Below are positions 8,590 to 18,884 of a stretch of DNA of 55,600 nt, piece after piece (the first letter of the stretch is position 1; each line of letters opens with the position of its first letter). Location: NCBI GenBank assembly GCA_018825365.1, contig JAHJEV010000001.1, positions 1 through 55,600 on the forward strand. Direction: 5' to 3'. Below the pieces are notes generated by a model. That model did not search any database and was not told the DNA's origin. It saw only the letters and a list, made by a program, of their open reading frames with translations. Source of the DNA: Patescibacteria group bacterium (GTDB taxonomy: Bacteria > Patescibacteriota > WWE3 > UBA101185 > UBA10185). The translations under genes and the position numbers were made by a program.

Positions 8590-8932
8590 GTATTACCACT
8601 GTTTATGATCCTATAGATTGACTAACCCAACTCCAATAAGATATACTCCAAAACATGTATAGCAGATGTATGTGTCCACAAATTAATAAAGATGCTGTTT
8701 TAAACAGCACTAAGAGCACCTTTGGTAATTGCTCTGTTAATTTAGTGGCTTATCTGCAAGTATAATTTCTAACAACCATTTGCCAGCTCAGATAAGCCTC
8801 CAGACCGGAGGCGTTTTTAATTCCCAAACACTTTTAATCTGGAGTCTTTTCTGACCCAACAAATCAAGCACAAAAAGGAGGTGCCTTTTACTGTGCCCTT
8901 GGGTCAAAACAAATACTAAAAAGGAGACTAAA

Positions 8933-9577
8933 ATGTTTGGAAACCCTATTCGTGTTGAATTAGACAGGTTTGGTGTGAAGCTGCGACCGCCAAAGAAAAG
9001 TGAGATGGAAAACCTGGCGGAACTGTTTAGCTCCATGGAAGTGCAAAGATACACTCTTGGAACTTACGCGGTAACATCAGAGAAAGAACAGGAATGGTAC
9101 GACAAAGTGAGCAAAGAGCAGGACTCTGTTTTGTGGGCTATCGTACCAGACGGAACTGACAGCTGTATTGGTATCACATCTCTTCACGCGATACATCCTT
9201 TGTGGGGCTCGTGCACATCAGGGATAGTGATAGCAGACAGAAGTTATTGGGGAAAGGGTGTTGCTTACCGCTCTCACCTAGCACGCATATGGTACGCAGC
9301 GAAAACTCTAAACAGAACAAGCATACAAACCTCAGTGAGAGTACCAAACGAGGCGTCGTTAAAGGCGCTACTTAAGGTTGGGTACCGGGTATCAGGAAAG
9401 TATGAACGCAGTGTATTTCGTGAAGGTTCATATTTAGACACTTACCTTCTGTCGTGGCTTAACCCTTGGAAGATTAAGTTACTCTATCCAATGGGTTCTC
9501 CACCTGAGTTGAAAGAATCGCTCAAAAAGGCCAGACAGGCATTGGGACTTGCGGAAAAATCTGTGAAGTTCCTATAA
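8933..9577 (+). CDS. GNAT (RimJ/RimL-like) N-acetyltransferase
   Basis: IGITSL...YWGKGVA...NEASLKALLKVGY...G pattern; SD at 8921. Confidence 0.82.
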   Translation: MFGNPIRVELDRFGVKLRPPKKSEMENLAELFSSMEVQRYTLGTYAVTSEKEQEWYDKVSKEQDSVLWAIVPDGTDSCIGITSLHAIHPLWGSCTSGIVIADRSYWGKGVAYRSHLARIWYAAKTLNRTSIQTSVRVPNEASLKALLKVGYRVSGKYERSVFREGSYLDTYLLSWLNPWKIKLLYPMGSPPELKESLKKARQALGLAEKSVKFL

Positions 9578-9584
9578 GTAAGTC

Positions 9585-9619
9585 AGAACCCCGAAGATAA
9601 TTTCAAGGGGTTCTTTTTT
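9585..9619 (+). terminator. Intrinsic terminator
   Basis: AGAACCCC/GGGGTTCT stem plus T-run. Confidence 0.75.
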
Positions 9620-9653
9620 ATCCTCCCAATCACTTCTTAATCTCACAAACCAC
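9612..9653. repeat. Dispersed intergenic repeat, 42-nt copy (partner 11112-11153)
   Basis: 37/42 identical to 11112-11153; all five differences are C/T. Confidence 0.75.
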
Positions 9654-9705
9654 TAACAACTAATTCGGTATTTTATACATCAAAATTTTTTGATAATATA
9701 TAAAC

Positions 9706-10089
9706 GTGAAGAAACTTCATTTAATTGGTGGGTTAGGAGCATTAGTTCTTATATTTATCACTTATTATTTCTTAGTACGCTTAGAAGTTTTAAACCCCGT
9801 TTCATTTAACAACCCGTCTTGGGTAAAAGACCTCATTAAGAAAGAAAAAAGCGGTCTGGCCACCAACCCCCCTACATCGCTTTTTAAATGTATTTATAAT
9901 AATCAAAAGGTTTACTATCTTCCATCCCACTGCTGTGATTTTCCAAGTGTTGTATACGATAATAAGGGTAACGTTATTTGTTCTCCGGATGGTGGTTTTA
10001 CCGGAAAAGGGGATGGGAAATGTGCGGACTTTCTTGATACCAAAAAAAACTGCGTGATCGTTTGGGAAGATAAAAGACACGCGAAGTAA
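9706..10089 (+). CDS. Exported Cys-rich protein, DUF6970-like
   Basis: N-terminal TM; VYY...CCD...YD..G..ICSPDGGFTGKGDGKC. Confidence 0.7.
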   Translation: MKKLHLIGGLGALVLIFITYYFLVRLEVLNPVSFNNPSWVKDLIKKEKSGLATNPPTSLFKCIYNNQKVYYLPSHCCDFPSVVYDNKGNVICSPDGGFTGKGDGKCADFLDTKKNCVIVWEDKRHAK

Positions 10090-10169
10090 TTAGTCACATC
10101 TCATTGTTAACATAGTTTATGTTGCTCCTATCGGTAATATTTCTAAAGCAAATATGCTAAAATCTACTC

Positions 10170-11039
10170 ATGGAAAACCAACCTCAAAAAGATTTACAAC
10201 CAGAGCCAAATTTACAAAGTTCTCCTTCCGCCCCCACTCAGTCTACTGGCGACACTCGAAGAAACAAAATACCCAAATGGGTGAGATTGAGTTTGATTCC
10301 CCTTTCAGTAATAGTCGTTCTTGCGTATGGCTATCTCGCATATAAAACTTTTTTTGTTAAACCTGTAATAAAATCTTATGAAGAGTGCATTAAGACAAAA
10401 GGAAGCCTTATTAAAGAATCTTATCCCCAAGTGTGCGTTACAAAGAGTGGTTTAATATTTACTAACGAGATTGTTCCTGTCACTATTGGTAGTCCAACAA
10501 AGGCCGAAGATTGTTATGGACAAGTCATTAACGCTAAATGTCCGAAAGGAGCTCAATGTGTGAAGGCTGAACCCACAGAATCCTTTTGTTACTGTATGGG
10601 TGGGTCGCCTGAAATAAGAGAAGAAGGAACTGAGGGACAGTATGATGTTTGTGTAATTAATGGGGAAGATTATACCGATATAACCTTTCAGGACTTTGAA
10701 CAGGGTTGGTATTGGGGAAGTTATGATCAGAGAAAAACAGGCACTCCTGATAACTGGGTTCATTCCGGTGAGGGAACTCGCAGTGCCTCCTGGCGCAAAT
10801 CAGACTTAACGCAAACCCCCAGCTATCTTTTTGTAAAGTCGGAAGGTTCTTGTACAGATGACACACAGTGCCAGTGGGCAGGAGAGGGTTGCGGTGGAGG
10901 GCATGGGATATGTACAAACAACCCGGATAAATATAAGAACATTGTAACTACTTGTGATATTGTTGATACCTTCCCAGCAAATCTTGGGTATATGTGTGGA
11001 TGTATAGAAACTCTCAACCAGTGTGGCTGGAAAAGGTAA
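10170..11039 (+). CDS. Membrane-anchored, disulfide-rich modular surface protein
   Basis: TM at ~aa 40-60, then SYEEC...ESYPQVC, FCYCMGG, GWYWG and CTDDTQC modules. Confidence 0.75.
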   Translation: MENQPQKDLQPEPNLQSSPSAPTQSTGDTRRNKIPKWVRLSLIPLSVIVVLAYGYLAYKTFFVKPVIKSYEECIKTKGSLIKESYPQVCVTKSGLIFTNEIVPVTIGSPTKAEDCYGQVINAKCPKGAQCVKAEPTESFCYCMGGSPEIREEGTEGQYDVCVINGEDYTDITFQDFEQGWYWGSYDQRKTGTPDNWVHSGEGTRSASWRKSDLTQTPSYLFVKSEGSCTDDTQCQWAGEGCGGGHGICTNNPDKYKNIVTTCDIVDTFPANLGYMCGCIETLNQCGWKR

Positions 11040-11111
11040 TGGGTCACACAACAAACAGTTGAGGTTGTATGATTAGGAAACACAAACTCTGCTTTTGTTT
11101 TACACGCAAAC

Positions 11112-11153
11112 TCTTTTTTATTCTTCCAATCATTTCCTAACCTCACAAACCAC
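11112..11153. repeat. Dispersed intergenic repeat, 42-nt copy (partner 9612-9653)
   Basis: See 9612-9653. Confidence 0.75.
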
Positions 11154-11205
11154 GAAGAGCCAAACATAATCACCGCAAGCAGTTCTTAAAGTAATCGTTC
11201 TAGCC

Positions 11206-11817
11206 TCAAGACAATCTTTTCTTAAGCTGGTCTTCTTTTGAAAATGCTGTATACAAAATGCTTCCAACCACACCATGCGCTACCATTTGGGGTAATATAT
11301 TTCCCATCCACAAGTATATAAAGGTATTTAAAATCACAAAAATAATCAGGCATAACAAAAACTTTCTCAGTTCTTTATCCCAATTTAGGTGAAAGGTGAA
11401 AAAGAAAATGACTGATGTTAAAAACGTGACATTAAAGTTTGAAGAAAGGTAGTACACAGAATCAGTAAAGATAGTTAGGAAAAATAGTTGTTGCAGTGCG
11501 CCAAATAAAATATAGGAAAGTAATAATTTAAACAAATAGCTATGTCTCTTTCTAAGAATATTCACATTTTTTGATAAGGAGTATGCAAAAAACAATACAA
11601 AGGGGATAAACAGGATAATTCCAGAAAGAAACAGGGTGTCTTTGTTCAGTGTTGCTAAAAGAGGATATTTTCTGAAAAAAAGCATTCGGAGAAAAAGTGC
11701 AGAAAAACCTAGTATAAATAGTAAAATGCCATTCTTTGAGTTAAAAGATTTAGTTTTGTAATATACCGGAACAACCAAAAGACAGATTACAAATACAACC
11801 AACATTCCCATATCCAT
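11206..11817 (-). CDS. CPBP/CAAX-protease-like membrane protein (degenerate)
   Basis: Multi-TM; QQLFF where EExxFR is expected, FTFH and AHG motifs. Confidence 0.55.
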   Translation of the reverse strand: MDMGMLVVFVICLLVVPVYYKTKSFNSKNGILLFILGFSALFLRMLFFRKYPLLATLNKDTLFLSGIILFIPFVLFFAYSLSKNVNILRKRHSYLFKLLLSYILFGALQQLFFLTIFTDSVYYLSSNFNVTFLTSVIFFFTFHLNWDKELRKFLLCLIIFVILNTFIYLWMGNILPQMVAHGVVGSILYTAFSKEDQLKKRLS

Positions 11818-11961
11818 ACAACAAATATATCATGGTCATTTTTACTCAAGCATTGATTCACTCCTCTTTCTACACAAAACTAAACACTTCCTAACCTCTC
11901 AAGTCACATCTTTTTATTGACTTGACCATTAAAAGAATTCCGTTAGAATGGGGTAATTCAT

Positions 11962-12684
11962 ATGAGACTTACTTTAACTTTTTTACTAATTGTTCTTTTG
12001 CTTTTGGTACCCCTTACATATAGGTTTTCCGGAAGAAAAGAGTTAATGAAAATGGATTTTGTTCAATTTTTGTATGCCTTTGTTTTGACACCTGCAATAA
12101 TAATTTGGATAAAGACGGCTCTTTTTTTCAATCTAAGACACGAGCTTGGAGTAAGTATCAACGACACGTATTGGATCGACACCGCACTTACGGTAATTGC
12201 TCTTTACACCTATTCTTTTGTTGTAATACATTCCCTAACTAAATCTTTTCAAATAAAAAAATCAAAAGATCCCCTGTTTGATGTTTTTGAACATTCAGAA
12301 TATTTTCACCTTTGGCTATCTCACTTGGTAGTTTATTCCGGAGTACTTTTGGTGATGCTTTTTTTAGGAGAACTAAATTTGTTTTTCCCAATCTCAATAA
12401 TTTCCAGTAAACTTGCTTTGTACCTGGGAATTATTATTGGCATCCTATGCGGGGCTATGTTCTATTGGGGTGTGTGGATAAACAAAATTGAAAAACAAAA
12501 AAGCTTTGACAGAATCATGAAATTTCAAGTTTATATCTATACTTTTATAATTCTGGTAACTTATTTGATTGCCGACCCGAAATTTAAGCCCCCATATACA
12601 GCTTTTTGGTGCTCGGTATTTTTCTTTGTAACATCGGCTACATCCCTACAGTTTCTAAAAAGACAAGGGCACAATAAATATTAA
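11962..12684 (+). CDS. Hypothetical multi-pass membrane protein
   Basis: About seven hydrophobic segments; TAGAAT upstream. Confidence 0.75.
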   Translation: MRLTLTFLLIVLLLLVPLTYRFSGRKELMKMDFVQFLYAFVLTPAIIIWIKTALFFNLRHELGVSINDTYWIDTALTVIALYTYSFVVIHSLTKSFQIKKSKDPLFDVFEHSEYFHLWLSHLVVYSGVLLVMLFLGELNLFFPISIISSKLALYLGIIIGILCGAMFYWGVWINKIEKQKSFDRIMKFQVYIYTFIILVTYLIADPKFKPPYTAFWCSVFFFVTSATSLQFLKRQGHNKY

Positions 12685-12784
12685 GTTGTTATAAAACATT
12701 TTTCATATATCTTGTAGTGTTTGATGCTCTTTTTGAAAAGGAATATAATCCAGCAACAAAATCTAAAAAAGAGAGGAGATGCAC

Positions 12785-13126
12785 ATGAGCTACTACTCGA
12801 TAATCCCGTCCCGTCGCAAGGGTAGAAAAAACTGGAAGAAAAGATACGAAATCGATCACAGCAGAGAAAGAGCCTTGGAAAGATACAACATTCAACTGAC
12901 AAACGAGCTTAGATCTCAAATCATTGACGCAATAAAAAGAAAAGAAGCGATTCTTATCCAGAAAGAGTCTCTTCGCCGGTCCTTATGGAAAGTCCACATA
13001 AGTGGCTATCCTGAGATGGTCGTCGTTTACGATAAATATCGAAAGGAAATTTTAACCGTACTCCACGACACTGACAAGAAAGGAGAAGCAAAAGTGAGTG
13101 AAAACGAGATTGAACAAAAGACTTAA
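12785..13126 (+). CDS. Hypothetical basic protein
   Basis: ORF with AGGAG SD 6 nt upstream of ATG 12785 (track start 12779); followed by a terminator. Confidence 0.6.
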   Translation: MSYYSIIPSRRKGRKNWKKRYEIDHSRERALERYNIQLTNELRSQIIDAIKRKEAILIQKESLRRSLWKVHISGYPEMVVVYDKYRKEILTVLHDTDKKGEAKVSENEIEQKT

Positions 13127-13154
13127 TGCACTCACCATCAGTTAGTGACTGACC

Positions 13155-13190
13155 AAAGAACTGAATACATAAAAATTCAGTTCTTTTTTT
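13155..13190 (+). terminator. Intrinsic terminator
   Basis: AAAGAACTGAAT/ATTCAGTTCTTT stem plus T-run. Confidence 0.8.
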
Positions 13191-13303
13191 ATCCCATCAC
13201 CCTTATTAATCCACAAGGCAGTTATTAAAAAACAATTGGAGATGTTATATTTTATTTAAATAAGTTAGAAAAGAAAATAATATTTATTTTTTGAAGGAAA
13301 TCT

Positions 13304-13735
13304 ATGAAAAAACTAATAGAAGAAATAGACAAATACGTAAGAAGGGTTCCTGCTCTACCGGAAAATATAAAGGAGTTGCTAGTAGATTTTGCACCATGGG
13401 CAGCACTTTTATCAGTGGTTATTGCCATCCCAGCTGTTTTATCTATTTTGGCAACAAGCTCATACTATGGGGTCTATGGGAAGGAGGAGTATTTCTTCGC
13501 CCATTGGGGAATGAGATTCACGCTCATAGTTGTTTTCCTTGTAGCTAACCTTGTATTAAGGAGTCTTTCTATAAAGGGACTTTTTGCCAAATCAATAAAA
13601 GGGTGGAATTTTCTTTTCTACTCCATCTTACTTTATTTTGTTTACGCGATATTCACTTTTAATATAGTAGGGGGGACCATCGGCACACTAATTTCTTTGT
13701 ACCTGATCTTTCAGATCAGAGAATCCTACAAATAA
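13304..13735 (+). CDS. Conserved hypothetical membrane protein
   Basis: Four hydrophobic segments, PALP..IKE.LV..APW and GWN..FY pattern. Confidence 0.75.
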   Translation: MKKLIEEIDKYVRRVPALPENIKELLVDFAPWAALLSVVIAIPAVLSILATSSYYGVYGKEEYFFAHWGMRFTLIVVFLVANLVLRSLSIKGLFAKSIKGWNFLFYSILLYFVYAIFTFNIVGGTIGTLISLYLIFQIRESYK

Positions 13736-13757
13736 TAAAGTTGTAAATTGTAAAAAT

Positions 13758-13793
13758 AAAAAGGCACTTGATTTAAAACTTTGGTGCCTTTTT
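13758..13793. terminator. Bidirectional intrinsic terminator
   Basis: AAAAGGCAC/GTGCCTTTT between convergent genes. Confidence 0.75.
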
Positions 13794-13814
13794 GGTTTCT
13801 ATCCCTTTCAATTT

Positions 13815-14327
13815 TTACCTTTCTGTCAGTAACCCGCCTCTATCGCTTAGTCTTCCAATAGCTTCTGTTAATAGATCTTTTGGGTCAACGCTACACGGAG
13901 TAAACCTAACCCCCGACTGTTTGGAAAGCTGATCGATATATTCCTTACCTCGAGAGTTCTCGTAAGTTCCAAGATACTTTACTTCCAAAACTCCTGCGTT
14001 GACCAAAAGCTTTGCACACCTGATACAGGGAGTTCCGATTGTATATGCAGTCGCACCGACGAGATTGGCTCTTTCGGTATTGATAATTGCGTTCTCCTCG
14101 CCGTGAAGAGTTCTTTCACAGTGATTATCAATTATTAGGTGACCAACATCATCGTCATCACAGTGAGGAGCTCCTTTTGGAGATCCGTTGTATCCGGCAC
14201 CCACCAGACGTTTGTCTTTCACAATGATGCAGGCTGTTCTCAGTCTATCGCAGGTTCCTCTTGTAGAATACATCATTGCTTGAACAAACCAGAAATGATC
14301 CCACGACGGTCTATTACAGGTATCCAT
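13815..14327 (-). CDS. dCMP/cytidine deaminase family protein
   Basis: RGTCDRLR, GYNGSP, HGEENA and PCIRC zinc-binding motifs. Confidence 0.88.
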   Translation of the reverse strand: MDTCNRPSWDHFWFVQAMMYSTRGTCDRLRTACIIVKDKRLVGAGYNGSPKGAPHCDDDDVGHLIIDNHCERTLHGEENAIINTERANLVGATAYTIGTPCIRCAKLLVNAGVLEVKYLGTYENSRGKEYIDQLSKQSGVRFTPCSVDPKDLLTEAIGRLSDRGGLLTER

Positions 14328-14522
14328 TCTTACTCTCCTTTTAAATAGGTTTTTAATTCTTATATCACAAATGCAACAAACAAACCAAGTAGGAAGAAAC
14401 TTTACTAAAATTATTTACGAATTTGCTATAAATCCTTCCTGTTAATAAAGGAGCGGGCCGGACTTATCTAAAGGGTCTTTTTCTGTTAAATTATATATAT
14501 AATAACACTTTCTAAAAAAGCC

Positions 14523-14930
14523 GTGCTTATAAGTAAAAGACTACTAAATAGTAAAGTTGCGGTTGTGATTTTAGTCGCATTTATGGTTTTGCTTTCCATA
14601 TTTTTTTTAGTTCTAAATAAAAAACACACCGCTGTTTCAAATCCGACACTTCCCGAGGATATTCAAAGTGAGAATTTAACTGTTCTCGGATCCAAGTCGC
14701 TCGGTCAAACTGTTTTTTATGATAACGATGGTGTGGTAATAGGTACCAGTCTCAACGAAAATCTCAAACCTCAAGTTGACATTACTGTGGATAAAAAAAC
14801 AGTATCAAAAGACGTAACCTTCTTTGTAAATACGACCAAAGCTTTTGGAAATATAAATGCTTTCTTCGTCAATAGCTGGATAAAATTCATTGAGCTAGTC
14901 TCAGTCATACTCGACCAAATTGTTAGTTAG
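14523..14930 (+). CDS. Hypothetical membrane-anchored protein
   Basis: N-terminal TM; TATAAT upstream of GTG. Confidence 0.55.
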   Translation: MLISKRLLNSKVAVVILVAFMVLLSIFFLVLNKKHTAVSNPTLPEDIQSENLTVLGSKSLGQTVFYDNDGVVIGTSLNENLKPQVDITVDKKTVSKDVTFFVNTTKAFGNINAFFVNSWIKFIELVSVILDQIVS

Positions 14931-14942
14931 CTTGAGGTATCT

Positions 14943-16289
14943 TTATAAATAGTCTCTTAGTCTCTTGCTTCTTGATGGATGTCTGAGTTTTCTCAAAGCC
15001 TTTGCTTCTATTTGCCTAATTCTTTCCCTTGTAACTCCAAACTCTTTCCCCACCTCTTCCAAAGTTCTTGTTCTTCCATCCTTAAGACCGAATCTTAGTT
15101 CCAAGACTCTTTTTTCTCTAGCGTTTAAGGTACGAAGGACATCCCCAATATGACCTTTCAAAAGTTCCCTGCTTGCGGATTCAAACGGAGATAATGTTAC
15201 CTCATCTTCAATGAATTCCTTAAGTCTCGTATCTTCTTCTTTCCCAACCGGAGTTTCCAAAGATGTGGTTGATTGAGAAATTTTCACGATTTCATGTGCT
15301 TTTTCAGGCTCAATTTCCATTATTTTTGCAATTTCTTCAGGTGTTGGTGCTCTTTCAAGTTTTTGTTCTAGCTGTCTTTCGATTTTTTTGTATTTATTGA
15401 TAGTTTCAACCATGTGAACCGGAATTCTTATAGTTTTTGCTTGATCTGCAATTGCTCTTGTTATTGCCTGTCTTATCCACCAGGTTGCGTACGTTGAAAA
15501 CTTAAACCCCCTTCTCCAATCAAACTTATCAACAGCTCTCATAAGACCAATATTTCCTTCCTGTATAAGATCTAAAAACATCAAGCCTCTCCCCATATAT
15601 TTTTTCGCTATTGAAACAACAAGTCTTAGATTTGCTCTTGCCAATCTTATTTTTGCATCCTCGTCGCTTTTCTCGACTCTTTTTGCGAGCTCCACCTCCT
15701 CATCTTTTGTTAAAAGATTATAGCTTCCAATTTCTTTTAGATACATTCTTACAGGATCGGACGTAGTTGTTTTATCCAGTTTGATTTTCGTTAAATCTAT
15801 CTCTTCCAACTTGGCAAGCTTAGAAGCTTCCTTTTCGGAATCCATATCAAAAACGTCAATGCCCGCATCAAGCAATTTCTCGTAAAGGAAATCGAGTGTT
15901 TCTATATCATCTTCTGCGTCTGGAAATAAAACTAAAACATCATCAAGCGTTAAGTAACCCTGCTTTTTCCCCTTCTTAACAAGCTTTTTAATACCGAGGT
16001 CTCTGGAATCTATTTTTACTCTTTTTTCTTTCTCCGCTTTAATACCTTCTTCACCAAGTAATTCCTCTTCCTCTAACTTTTCGACCCTCCTAGATTTCTT
16101 GGAAGCTTTTAAAACAGCTGATTTGGGGTTTTTAACTTTTTTTATTCCCAATTTTCTTACAAAAGTTTTATCTTTTTTCTTCACTGGTTTCTTAACTTTT
16201 TTATCTTCCCTCTTCAGATTTTTAGAAACTCTTTTTACTGCTTTTTTAACGATCTTTTTTAAAGAAACCTTCTTTGATTTTTTTTGCAT
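14943..16289 (-). CDS. rpoD: Primary RNA polymerase sigma factor (sigma70/SigA)
   Basis: [66 protein letters not shown]. Confidence 0.98.
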   Translation of the reverse strand: MQKKSKKVSLKKIVKKAVKRVSKNLKREDKKVKKPVKKKDKTFVRKLGIKKVKNPKSAVLKASKKSRRVEKLEEEELLGEEGIKAEKEKRVKIDSRDLGIKKLVKKGKKQGYLTLDDVLVLFPDAEDDIETLDFLYEKLLDAGIDVFDMDSEKEASKLAKLEEIDLTKIKLDKTTTSDPVRMYLKEIGSYNLLTKDEEVELAKRVEKSDEDAKIRLARANLRLVVSIAKKYMGRGLMFLDLIQEGNIGLMRAVDKFDWRRGFKFSTYATWWIRQAITRAIADQAKTIRIPVHMVETINKYKKIERQLEQKLERAPTPEEIAKIMEIEPEKAHEIVKISQSTTSLETPVGKEEDTRLKEFIEDEVTLSPFESASRELLKGHIGDVLRTLNAREKRVLELRFGLKDGRTRTLEEVGKEFGVTRERIRQIEAKALRKLRHPSRSKRLRDYL

Positions 16290-16332
16290 AATTAATGGAA
16301 AAATAGGGAATTTGATACAAAAGATTTATACT

Positions 16333-18102
16333 CTATAAAAGGCTCTTTGACAACTTTTCAAACTTCTTTGTAAGCCTTTCTAACTCAGATGTTCTCCTTT
16401 CGGTCTCGGCCATTTTAATCTCTTCGCTTATACTTTTCAACTGTCTCTTAACCGATTCGTTTTTCAATCTTTCAACCAAATCCTTAAGCTCCCGTCTAAG
16501 AAGTTTTTCCTCGAGTTCTTCTTTTCCGTCTAAATCTCTCAGGTAAAGCTCTGAAGCGACTTTAGATTTGTTTTCATCAAGCTTTCCAAGAAATGATTTT
16601 ATGTTAACAGCAGTTTTCCTACTTTTCAGGTATTTAGATAAAAATTCATAAATCTCTCCAATCTCTTCGTTTTCAAAATCCTCTTTGGCTAACCTTCCTA
16701 TAAATTCCTGGGACATCTCTATAGAAGACTTTAAAAGAAGAGATATCAGATATCCCTCGATGTGAATCTTTTCTGAAGACCTTGCGTCGTCATCTTTGAA
16801 TTCCCCTCCGATTTCCCTTTCTCCTTTTGTATTATCCTTAAGCATTGAGTAGATGGTTTCCAAAGAAACATCCAGCTCAGAGGATATTCTTTTTGCATAG
16901 TGATCCAACAAAACCTTGTTCGATATTTTTGAAAACAAAGGAACGAGATCCTCCATTATGTTTTTCTTACCCAGGGCCGTAGCCTTGTTGTATTTCTTGA
17001 GCGTCGTGACTAAAAAATAGTCGTATACTGGAACTCCATTTTGTAAAACTTTCTTGGCTTCGTTAAGATTTGCATTAATAAGTTCATCTAAATCTTTATA
17101 AGGAGAGGGGATTATTGCTACTTTTACATTAAAGTTTCTTCTTTCCGCCATTTCAATGGCTCTATAAGATGCCTCTACACCGGCAAAATCCGAGTCAAAA
17201 CAAAATGTTACGTCTGAAGTGTATCTTGAAAGAATTACCAATTGGTTATCAGTCATTGCCGTACCCGAAACACATATCAAATTCTTAATCCCCGACTGAT
17301 AAGCACTTATAAGATCCATCTGGCCCTCAACAAAAACCGCGCCTTCGGTTTTTATCGCAACCCTACTTTTATCAAGACCAAACAGAAAAAATGATTTGTG
17401 AAACACGGGGGTATCGCTTGTGTTTAGATACTTGGGTTCTCTGTTAAAAATTGTTCTGGCTGTGAAGCCAATAACTTTTCCATCTATTCCCGTAAGAGGA
17501 AAGATTATTCTTCCCTTAAATTTATCGAGATAACCACTTCCGTTAGCTTTTTTAATAATAACTCCCGCCATAACCATATCTTCGATTTTTATTTTTTTTA
17601 AAAGTAAAAACTTATAAAGAGTGTCCCAAGAATCCGGCGCGTAACCAAGTCTAAATTCTCGAATTGTTGCTTCTGTAAGTTTTCTCTCTTTCTTCAAATA
17701 ATCTAAAGCTTTCTTTCCAGCCTTTTGTTTTAACAAAATATACTCATAAAACTGGGCCGTAAGGTCGTTTATGTGGTAAATCTGCTTCTTCTGATTATTT
17801 TGTTCTTCAAACTGGTCGTTTTTTACAATCTTTACTCCGGCCTTATCTGCCAAAACTTCCAGCGCTCTTGGAAAATCAACTCCCTCAATCTGCTCAACGA
17901 AATTAAACATATCTCCGGCAACGCCGCAACCAAAACATTTAAATATCTGGAGAGCCTGAGAAACCATAAAGGAGGGGGTTTTCTCTGAATGAAAAGGGCA
18001 GGTAGTTTTATAGTTTCTACCTGACTTTTTAAGACTTACATAGCTTCCAATCACATCAACAATGTCTAATTTTTGTTTTATCTGAGTTACTGTGTCTTCC
18101 AT
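16333..18102 (-). CDS. dnaG: DNA primase
   Basis: CPFHSEKTPSF, CFGC zinc finger, PKYLNT, VEGQMD, CFDSDFAG TOPRIM. Confidence 0.98.
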   Translation of the reverse strand: MEDTVTQIKQKLDIVDVIGSYVSLKKSGRNYKTTCPFHSEKTPSFMVSQALQIFKCFGCGVAGDMFNFVEQIEGVDFPRALEVLADKAGVKIVKNDQFEEQNNQKKQIYHINDLTAQFYEYILLKQKAGKKALDYLKKERKLTEATIREFRLGYAPDSWDTLYKFLLLKKIKIEDMVMAGVIIKKANGSGYLDKFKGRIIFPLTGIDGKVIGFTARTIFNREPKYLNTSDTPVFHKSFFLFGLDKSRVAIKTEGAVFVEGQMDLISAYQSGIKNLICVSGTAMTDNQLVILSRYTSDVTFCFDSDFAGVEASYRAIEMAERRNFNVKVAIIPSPYKDLDELINANLNEAKKVLQNGVPVYDYFLVTTLKKYNKATALGKKNIMEDLVPLFSKISNKVLLDHYAKRISSELDVSLETIYSMLKDNTKGEREIGGEFKDDDARSSEKIHIEGYLISLLLKSSIEMSQEFIGRLAKEDFENEEIGEIYEFLSKYLKSRKTAVNIKSFLGKLDENKSKVASELYLRDLDGKEELEEKLLRRELKDLVERLKNESVKRQLKSISEEIKMAETERRTSELERLTKKFEKLSKSLL

Positions 18103-18183
18103 GTTTACATTAAGCCTAAAACTTGGCTATCAAGCATTGTATAACACAGATTTATTGTTTTTACAAAAGGAAATATTCTATTC

Positions 18184-18354
18184 TTATGAGTATATATAAC
18201 TTCTACTAAACAGGTCCTTTTTTATGTAGGTGCTTGCACCCCTGACCACTGCGGATTGTTTCTTGTACAAGCTTACCATCACAAGCCCCGAAACGATTAC
18301 GATGATAAGTAGAAAAACAATTACTACAGTCTTGGTTTTTTTGTTTTCCCGCAT
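18184..18354 (-). CDS. 56-aa small membrane protein
   Basis: MRENKKTKTVVIVFLLIIVIVSGLVMVSLYKKQ...; single TM; below the track cutoff. Confidence 0.4.
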   Translation of the reverse strand: MRENKKTKTVVIVFLLIIVIVSGLVMVSLYKKQSAVVRGASTYIKKDLFSRSYIYS

Positions 18355-18409
18355 AATAAAAGTCTAAAACTTAATTAGTGAAATATCAAATAAATTAAGT
18401 AGATCTTCG

Positions 18410-18517
18410 CTAGACACGTGGTTTGTTTCCTAGAAACACAAGTAACAGAACTATGATCGAAATAACGCCAAACCCAATATAAAGAAGCAGCATAGTATTT
18501 ATAGAAGCTACACTCAT
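18410..18517 (-). CDS. 35-aa single-TM peptide
   Basis: MSVASINTMLLLYIGFGVISIIVLLLVFLGNKPRV*; ATGA overlap with the stop of 18514-18711. Confidence 0.5.
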   Translation of the reverse strand: MSVASINTMLLLYIGFGVISIIVLLLVFLGNKPRV

Positions 18518-18711
18518 AAAGAAGTCCTTTCAAATTCTAAAGATATCCACCATGCCACCAAGGTCATGGGTATACCTAGCGTTATTATAACACCAGACGC
18601 ACTCGTCGGATTAAGTAGCGGATTTAATACTAACGATCCAAGCAAAACTTGACTGGCGTTGTCAAATATATTCGAAAATCTTTTAAGTTGGGACCTTGTA
18701 AATAACGGCAC
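18514..18711 (-). CDS. Small hypothetical membrane protein
   Basis: GTG start after a TGnTATAAA -10 element; two hydrophobic segments. Confidence 0.6.
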   Translation of the reverse strand: MPLFTRSQLKRFSNIFDNASQVLLGSLVLNPLLNPTSASGVIITLGIPMTLVAWWISLEFERTSL

Positions 18712-18884
18712 TGAATGTTTTTATAACATACGAAAAGCAGCACCAAAAGTGAGTAAACTCTAATGAAAATAGACTCAGTGACTAACAAGAGCATATGTGT
18801 TTAAGAACTGGCAGGGAGTGTGGGGTGAAATTGGAACTTTTTTCTCAACCCACATCCCCGATGTAAAAATATCAATATAGTGCG

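Noticed and set aside
14943-16289. AGA/AGG reassignment to Ser, suggested by tRNA-Ser(ACT)
   Set aside because: In rpoD, AGA encodes the invariant Arg residues of [21 protein letters not shown], so AGA is still Arg.
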